NCBI GenBank assembly: GCA_964057225.1
Contig: OZ059896.1
Coordinates: 23,312,001-23,376,000 of the forward strand
Source: Auanema rhodensis
Taxonomy: Eukaryota > Animalia > Nematoda
Direction of reading: 5' to 3'
Length of the DNA stretch: 64,000 nucleotides
Numbering within the stretch: position 1 is the first letter of the stretch; every line of letters starts with the position of its first letter. Positions 56,651 to 64,000 of this stretch are shown piece after piece. Made by a program: the position numbers and the translations under genes. Under the pieces are notes generated by a model. It was not told the origin of the DNA. It made no database searches and was given only the letters and a program-made list of their open reading frames with translations.

Positions 56651-59600
56651 ACGTGATGTGCACTTGGTATGTAACTCGCTTCACGTGAAAGATAAAGAGA
56701 TGCGGTTTTCAAAATTAGATTCCCCATGTTCATATTAGTCTAAAAACAAATTTTTATTGATATTGGTTCATGGTAACCATGACTTTGAAATTTACGTGAA
56801 CTTTAATTTATGCTAATTAAATGTACACGTGATGTGCACTTGGTATGTTACTCGCTTCACGTGAAAGATAAAGAGATGCGGTTTTCAAAATTAGATTCCC
56901 CATGTCCATATTAGTCTAAAAACAAATTTTTATTAATATTGGTTCATGGTAACCATGTCTTTGAAATTTACGTGAACTTTAATTTATGCTAATAAAATGT
57001 ACACGTGATGTGCACTTGGTATGTAACTCGCTTCACGTGAAAGATAAAGAGATGCGGTTTTCAAAATTAGATTCCCCATGTCCATATTAGTCTAAAAACA
57101 AATTTTTATTAATATTGGTTCATGGTAACCATGTCTTTGAAATTTACGTGAACTTTAATTTATGCTAATTAAATGTACACGTGATGTGCACTTGGTATGT
57201 AACTCGCTTCACGTGAAAGATAAAGAGATGCGGTTTTCAAAATTAGATTCCCCATGTCCATATTAGTCTAAAAACAAATTTTTATTAATATTGGTTCATG
57301 GTAACCATGTCTTTGAAATTTACGTGAACTTTAATTTATGCTAATTAAATGTACACGTGATGTGCACTTGGTATGTAACTCGCTTCACGTGAAAGATAAA
57401 GAGATGCGGTTTTCAAAATTAAATTCCCCATGTCCATATTAGTCTAAAAACAAATTTTTATTGATATTGGTTCATGGTAACCATGACTTTGAAATTTACG
57501 TGAACTTTAATTTATGCTAATTAAATGTACACGTGATGTGCACTTGGTATGTAACTCGCTTCACGTGAAAGATAAAGAGATGCGGTTTTCAAAATTAGAT
57601 TCCCCATCTCCATATTAGTCTAAAAACAAATTTTTATTAATATTGGTTCATGGTAACCATGTCTTTGAAATTTACGTGAACTTTAATTTATGCTAATTAA
57701 ATGTACACGTGATGTGCACTTGGTATGTAACTCGCTTCACGTGAAAGATAAAGAGATGCGGTTTTCAAAATTAGATTCCCCATGTCCATATTAGTCTAAA
57801 AACAAATTTTTATTAATATTGGTTCATGGTAACCATGTCTTTGAAATTTACGTGAACTTTAATTTATGCTAATTAAATGTACACGTGATGTGCACTTGGT
57901 ATGTAACTCGCTTCACGTAAAAGATAAAGAGATGCGGTCTTCAAAATTAGATTCCCCATGTCCATATTAGTCTAAAAACAAATTTTTATTGATATTAGTT
58001 CATGGTAACCATGACTTTGAAATTTACGTGAACTTTAATTTATGCTAATTAAATGTACACGTGATGTGCACTTGGTATGTAACTCGCTTCACGTGAAAGA
58101 TAAAGAGATGCGGTTTTCAAAATTAGATTCCCCATGTCCATATTACTCTAAAAACAAATTTTTATTAATATTGGTTCATGGTAACCATGTCTTTGAAATT
58201 TACGTGAACTTTAATTTATGCTAATTAAATGTACACGTGATGTGCACTTGGTATGTAACTCGCTTCACGTGAAAGATAAAGAGATGCGGTTTTCAAAATT
58301 AGATTCCCCATGTCCATATTAGTCTAAAAACAAATTTTTATTGATATTGGTTCATGGTAACCATGACTTTGAAATTTACGTGAACTTTAATTTATGCTAA
58401 TTAAATGTACACGTGATGTGCACTTGGTATGTAACTCGCTTCACGTGAAAGATAAAGAGATGCGGTTTTCAAAATTAGATTCCCCATGTCCATATTAGTC
58501 TAAAAACAAATTTTTATTGATATTGGTTCATGGTAACCATGACTTTGAAATTTACGTGAACTTTAATTTATGCTAATTAAATGTACACGTGATGTGCACT
58601 TGGTATGTAACTCGCTTTACGTGAAAGATAAAGAGATGCGGTTTTCAAAATTAGATTCCCCATGTCCATATTAGTCTAAAAACAAATTTTTATTAATATT
58701 GGTTCATGGTAACCATGTCTTTGAAATTTACGTGAACTTTAATTTATGCTAATTAAATGTACACGTGATGTGCACTTGGTATGTAACTCGCTTCACGTGA
58801 AAGATAAAGAGATGCGGTTTTCAAAATTAGATTCTTCATGTCCATATTAGTCTAAAAACAAATTTTTATTAATATTGGTTCATGGTAACCATGTCTTTGA
58901 AATTTACGTGAACTTTAATTTATGCTAATTAAATGTACACGTGATGTGCACTTGGTATGTAACTCGCTTCACGTGAAAGATAAAGAGATGCGGTTTTCAA
59001 AATTAGATTCCCCATGTCCATATTAGTCTAAAAACAAATTTTTATTAATATTGGTTCATGGTAACCATGTCTTTGAAATTTACGTGAACTTTAATTTATG
59101 CTAATTAAATGTACACGTGATGTGCACTTGGTATGTAACTCGCTTCACGTGAAAGATAAAGAGATGCGGTTTTCAAAATTAGATTCCCCATGTCCATATT
59201 AGTCTAAAAACAAATTTTTATTGATATTGGTTCATGGTAACCATGACTTTGAAATTTACGTGAACTTTAATTTATGCTAATTAAATGTACACGTGATGTG
59301 CACTTGGTATGTAACTCGCTTCACGTGAAAGATAAAGAGATGCGGTTTTCAAAATTAGATTCCCCATTTCCATATTAGTCTAAAAACAAATTTTTATTAA
59401 TATTGGTTCATGGTAACCATGTCTTTGAAATTTACGTGAACTTTAATTTATGCTAATTAAATGTACACGTGATGTGCACTTGGTATGTAACTCGCTTCAC
59501 GTGAAAGATAAAGAGATGCGGTTTTCAAAATTAGATTCCCCATGTCCATATTAGTCTAAAAACAAATTTTTATTGATATTGGTTCATGGTAACCATGATT

Positions 59601-61755
59601 TTGAAATTTACGTGAACTTTAATTTATGCTAATTAAATGTACACGTGATGTGCACTTGGTATGTAACTCGCTTCACGTGAAAGATAAAGAAATGCGGTTT
59701 TCAAAATTAGATTCCCCATGTCCATTTTAGTCTAAAAACAAATTTTTATTGATATTGGTTCATGGTAACCATGACTTTGAAATTTACGTGAACTTTAATT
59801 TATGCTAATTAAATGTACACGTGATGTGCACTTGGTATGTAACTCGCTTCACGTGAAAGATAAAGAGATGCGGTTTTCAACATTAGATTCCCCATGTCCA
59901 TATTAGTCTAAAAACAAATTTTTAATAATATTGGTTCATGGTAACCATGTCTTTGAAATTTACGTGAACTTTAATTTATGCTAATTAAATGTACACGTGA
60001 TGTGCACTTGGTATGTAACTCGCTTCACGTGAAAGATAAAGAGATGCGGTTTTCAAAATTAGATTCCCCATGTTCATATTAGTCTAAAAACAAATTTTTA
60101 TTGATATTGGTTCATGGTAACCATGACTTTGAAATTTACGTGAACTTTAATTTATGCTAATTAAATGTACACGTGATGTGCACTTGGTATGTTACTCGCT
60201 TCACGTGAAAGATAAAGAGATGCGGTTTTCAAAATTAGATTCCCCATGTCCATATTAGTCTAAAAACAAATTTTTATTAATATTGGTTCATGGTAACCAT
60301 GTCTTTGAAATTTACGTGAACTTTAATTTATGCTAATAAAATGTACACGTGATGTGCACTTGGTATGTAACTCGCTTCACGTGAAAGATAAAGAGATGCG
60401 GTTTTCAAAATTAGATTCCCCATGTCCATATTAGTCTAAAAACAAATTTTTATTAATATTGGTTCATGGTAACCATGTCTTTGAAATTTACGTGAACTTT
60501 AATTTATGCTAATTAAATGTACACGTGATGTGCACTTGGTATGTAACTCGCTTCACGTGAAAGATAAAGAGATGCGGTTTTCAAAATTAGATTCCCCATG
60601 TCCATATTAGTCTAAAAACAAATTTTTATTAATATTGGTTCATGGTAACCATGTCTTTGAAATTTACGTGAACTTTAATTTATGCTAATTAAATGTACAC
60701 GTGATGTGCACTTGGTATGTAACTCGCTTCACGTGAAAGATAAAGAGATGCGGTTTTCAAAATTAAATTCCCCATGTCCATATTAGTCTAAAAACAAATT
60801 TTTATTGATATTGGTTCATGGTAACCATGACTTTGAAATTTACGTGAACTTTAATTTATGCTAATTAAATGTACACGTGATGTGCACTTGGTATGTAACT
60901 CGCTTCACGTGAAAGATAAAGAGATGCGGTTTTCAAAATTAGATTCCCCATCTCCATATTAGTCTAAAAACAAATTTTTATTAATATTGGTTCATGGTAA
61001 CCATGTCTTTGAAATTTACGTGAACTTTAATTTATGCTAATTAAATGTACACGTGATGTGCACTTGGTATGTAACTCGCTTCACGTGAAAGATAAAGAGA
61101 TGCGGTTTTCAAAATTAGATTCCCCATGTCCATATTAGTCTAAAAACAAATTTTTATTAATATTGGTTCATGGTAACCATGTCTTTGAAATTTACGTGAA
61201 CTTTAATTTATGCTAATTAAATGTACACGTGATGTGCACTTGGTATGTAACTCGCTTCACGTAAAAGATAAAGAGATGCGGTCTTCAAAATTAGATTCCC
61301 CATGTCCATATTAGTCTAAAAACAAATTTTTATTGATATTAGTTCATGGTAACCATGACTTTGAAATTTACGTGAACTTTAATTTATGCTAATTAAATGT
61401 ACACGTGATGTGCACTTGGTATGTAACTCGCTTCACGTGAAAGATAAAGAGATGCGGTTTTCAAAATTAGATTCCCCATGTCCATATTACTCTAAAAACA
61501 AATTTTTATTAATATTGGTTCATGGTAACCATGTCTTTGAAATTTACGTGAACTTTAATTTATGCTAATTAAATGTACACGTGATGTGCACTTGGTATGT
61601 AACTCGCTTCACGTGAAAGATAAAGAGATGCGGTTTTCAAAATTAGATTCCCCATGTCCATATTAGTCTAAAAACAAATTTTTATTGATATTGGTTCATG
61701 GTAACCATGACTTTGAAATTTACGTGAACTTTAATTTATGCTAATTAAATGTACA
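54892..61755 (+). repeat. Large tandem duplication with 19-monomer (3344 bp) offset, overlapping the 25-mer duplication
   Basis: ctttacg 55274/58618, atgttact 56849/60193, ctaataaa 56994/60338, and tattactc ORFs at 58042/61386, all at +3344. Confidence 0.95.
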
Positions 61756-64000
61756 CGTGATGTGCACTTGGTATGTAACTCGCTTCACGTGAAAGATAAA
61801 GAGATGCGGTTTTCAAAATTAGATTCCCCATGTCCATATTACTCTAAAAACAAATTTTTATTAATATTGGTTCATGGTAACCATGTCTTTGAAATTTACG
61901 TGAACTTTAATTTATGCTAATTAAATGTACACGTGATGTGCACTTGGTATGTAACTCGCTTCACGTGAAAGATAAAGAGATGCGGTTTTCAAAATTAGAT
62001 TCCCCATGTCCATATTAGTCTAAAAACAAATTTTTATTGATATTGGTTCATGGTAACCATGACTTTGAAATTTACGTGAACTTTAATTTATGCTAATTAA
62101 ATGTACACGTGATGTGCACTTGGTATGTAACTCGCTTCACGTGAAAGATAAAGAGATGCGGTTTTCAAAATTAGATTCCCCATGTCCATATTAGTCTAAA
62201 AACAAATTTTTATTAATATTGGTTCATGGTAACCATGTCTTTGAAATTTACGTGAACTTTAATTTATGCTAATTAAATGTACACGTGATGTGCACTTGGT
62301 ATGTAACTCGCTTCACGTGAAAGATAAAGAGATGCGGTTTTCAAAATTAGATTCCCCATGTCCATATTAGTCTTAAAACAAATTTTTATTAATATTGGTT
62401 CATGGTAACCATGTCTTTGAAATTTACGTGAACTTTAATTTATGCTAATTAAATGTACACGTGATGTGCACTTGGTATGTAACTCGCTTCACGTGAAAGA
62501 TAAAGAGATGCGGTTTTCAAAATTAGATTCCCCATGTCCATATTAGTCTAAAAACAAATTTTTATTAATATTGGTTCATGGTAACCATGTCTTTGAAATT
62601 TACGTGAACTTTAATTTATGCTAATTAAATGTACACGTGATGTGCACTTGGTATGTAACTCGCTTCACGTGAAAGATAAAGAGATGCGGTTTTCAAAATT
62701 AGATTCCCCATGTCCATATTAGTCTAAAAACAAATTTTTATTAATATTGGTTCATGGTAACCATGTCTTTGAAATTTACGTGAACTTTAATTTATGCTAA
62801 TTAAATGTACACGTGATGTGCACTTGGTATGTAACTCGCTTCACGTGAAAGATAAAGAGATGCGGTTTTCAAAATTAGATTCCCCATGTCCATATTAGTC
62901 TAAAAACAAATTTTTATTAATATTGGTTCATGGTAACCATGACTTTGAAATTTACGTGAACTTTAATTTATGCTAATTAAATGTACACGTGATGTGCACT
63001 TGGTATGTAACTCGCTTCACGTGAAAGATAAAGAGATGCGGTTTTCAAAATTAGATTCCCCATGTCCATATTAGTCTAAAAACAAATTTTTATTAATATT
63101 GGTTCATGGTAACCATGTCTTTGAAATTTACGTGAACTTTAATTTATGCTAATTAAATGTACACGTGATGTGCACTTGGTATGTAACTCGCTTCACGTGT
63201 AAGATAAAGAGATGCGGTTTTCAAAATTAGATTCCCCATGTCCATATTAGTCTAAAAACAAATTGTTATTGATATTGGTTCATGGTAACCATGTCTTTGA
63301 AATTTTCGTGAACTTTAATTTATGCTAATTAAATGTACACGTGATGTGCACTTGGTATGTAACTCGCTTCATGTGAAAGATAAAGAGATGCGGTTTTCAA
63401 AATTAGATTCCCCATGTCCATATTAGTCTAAAAACAAATTTTTATTAATATTGGTTCATGGTAACCATGTCTTTGAAATTTACGTGAACTTTAATTTATG
63501 CTAATTAAATGTACACGTGATGTGCTCTTGGTATGTAACTCGCTTCACGTGAAAGATAAAGAGATGCGGTTTTCAAAATTAGATTCCCCATGTCCATATT
63601 AGTCTAAAAACAAATTTTTATTAATATTGGTTCATGGTAACCATGTCTTTGAAATTTACGTGAACTTTAATTTATGCTAATTAAATGTACACGTGATGTG
63701 CACTTGGTATGTAACTCGCTTCACGTGAAAGAAAAAGAGATGCGGTTTTCAAAATTAGATTCCCCATGTCCATATTAGTCTAAAAACAAATTTTTATTGA
63801 TATTGGTTCATGGTAACCATGACTTTGAAATTTACGTGAACTTTAATTTATGCTAATTAAATGTACACGTGATGTGCACTTGGTATGTAACTCGCTTCAC
63901 GTGAAAGATAAAGAGATGCGGTTTTCAAAATTAGATTCCCCATTTCCATATTAGTCTAAAAACAAATTTTTATTAATATTGGTTCATGGTAACCATGTCT

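Larger units (their letters stand above)
4388..64000 (+). repeat. 176-bp tandem satellite array, right segment (~339 monomers), putative centromeric/pericentromeric satellite
   Basis: Same monomer and orientation. Starts follow 4381+176n up to a 1-bp deletion near 5850, then 4380+176n to the window end (checked at 5964, 17228, 61580, 63868). Centromeric role is inferred only from monomer size, AT-richness and homogeneity. Confidence 0.99.

Noticed and set aside
17386-61920. Nine 60-aa ORFs (MLIKCTRDVHLV...)
   Set aside because: They are single monomers in which the TAG at monomer positions 85-87 mutated to TTG, TGG or TAC, then spread by local duplication. 176 is not a multiple of 3 and no protein family is recognisable.
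1-64000. CRISPR array or other repeat-spacer system with an associated RT
   Set aside because: Units are contiguous with no unique spacers, there are no cas genes, and the RT fragment is of eukaryotic LINE type.

Overview
About 98% of this window is one head-to-tail satellite array: a 176-bp monomer, ~32% GC, ~358 copies, all on the same strand and very homogeneous, as in eukaryotic centromeric/pericentromeric satellites. Its only interruption is a ~1.04-kb insertion at 3348-4387: a 5'-truncated non-LTR retrotransposon on the minus strand, probably CR1/L2 (Jockey-group) like, which points to an animal genome. The insertion keeps the last ~180 codons of an undisrupted RT ORF, a ~470-bp 3' UTR, and a terminal stem-loop with AATAAA in the loop. 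It sits inside a CACGTG palindrome of the monomer with no target-site duplication and 2-4 bp of target lost. Its 5' junction is a perfect 21-bp fold-back hairpin, consistent with snap-back synthesis on the cDNA. Private SNPs in the array show nested local duplications (2-, 3-, 4-, 5-, 11-, 19- and 25-monomer offsets), long-range copying of variant blocks, two interleaved monomer haplotypes, and only one net indel within the array away from the insertion junction. I cannot assign the species or confirm centromere function from sequence alone.
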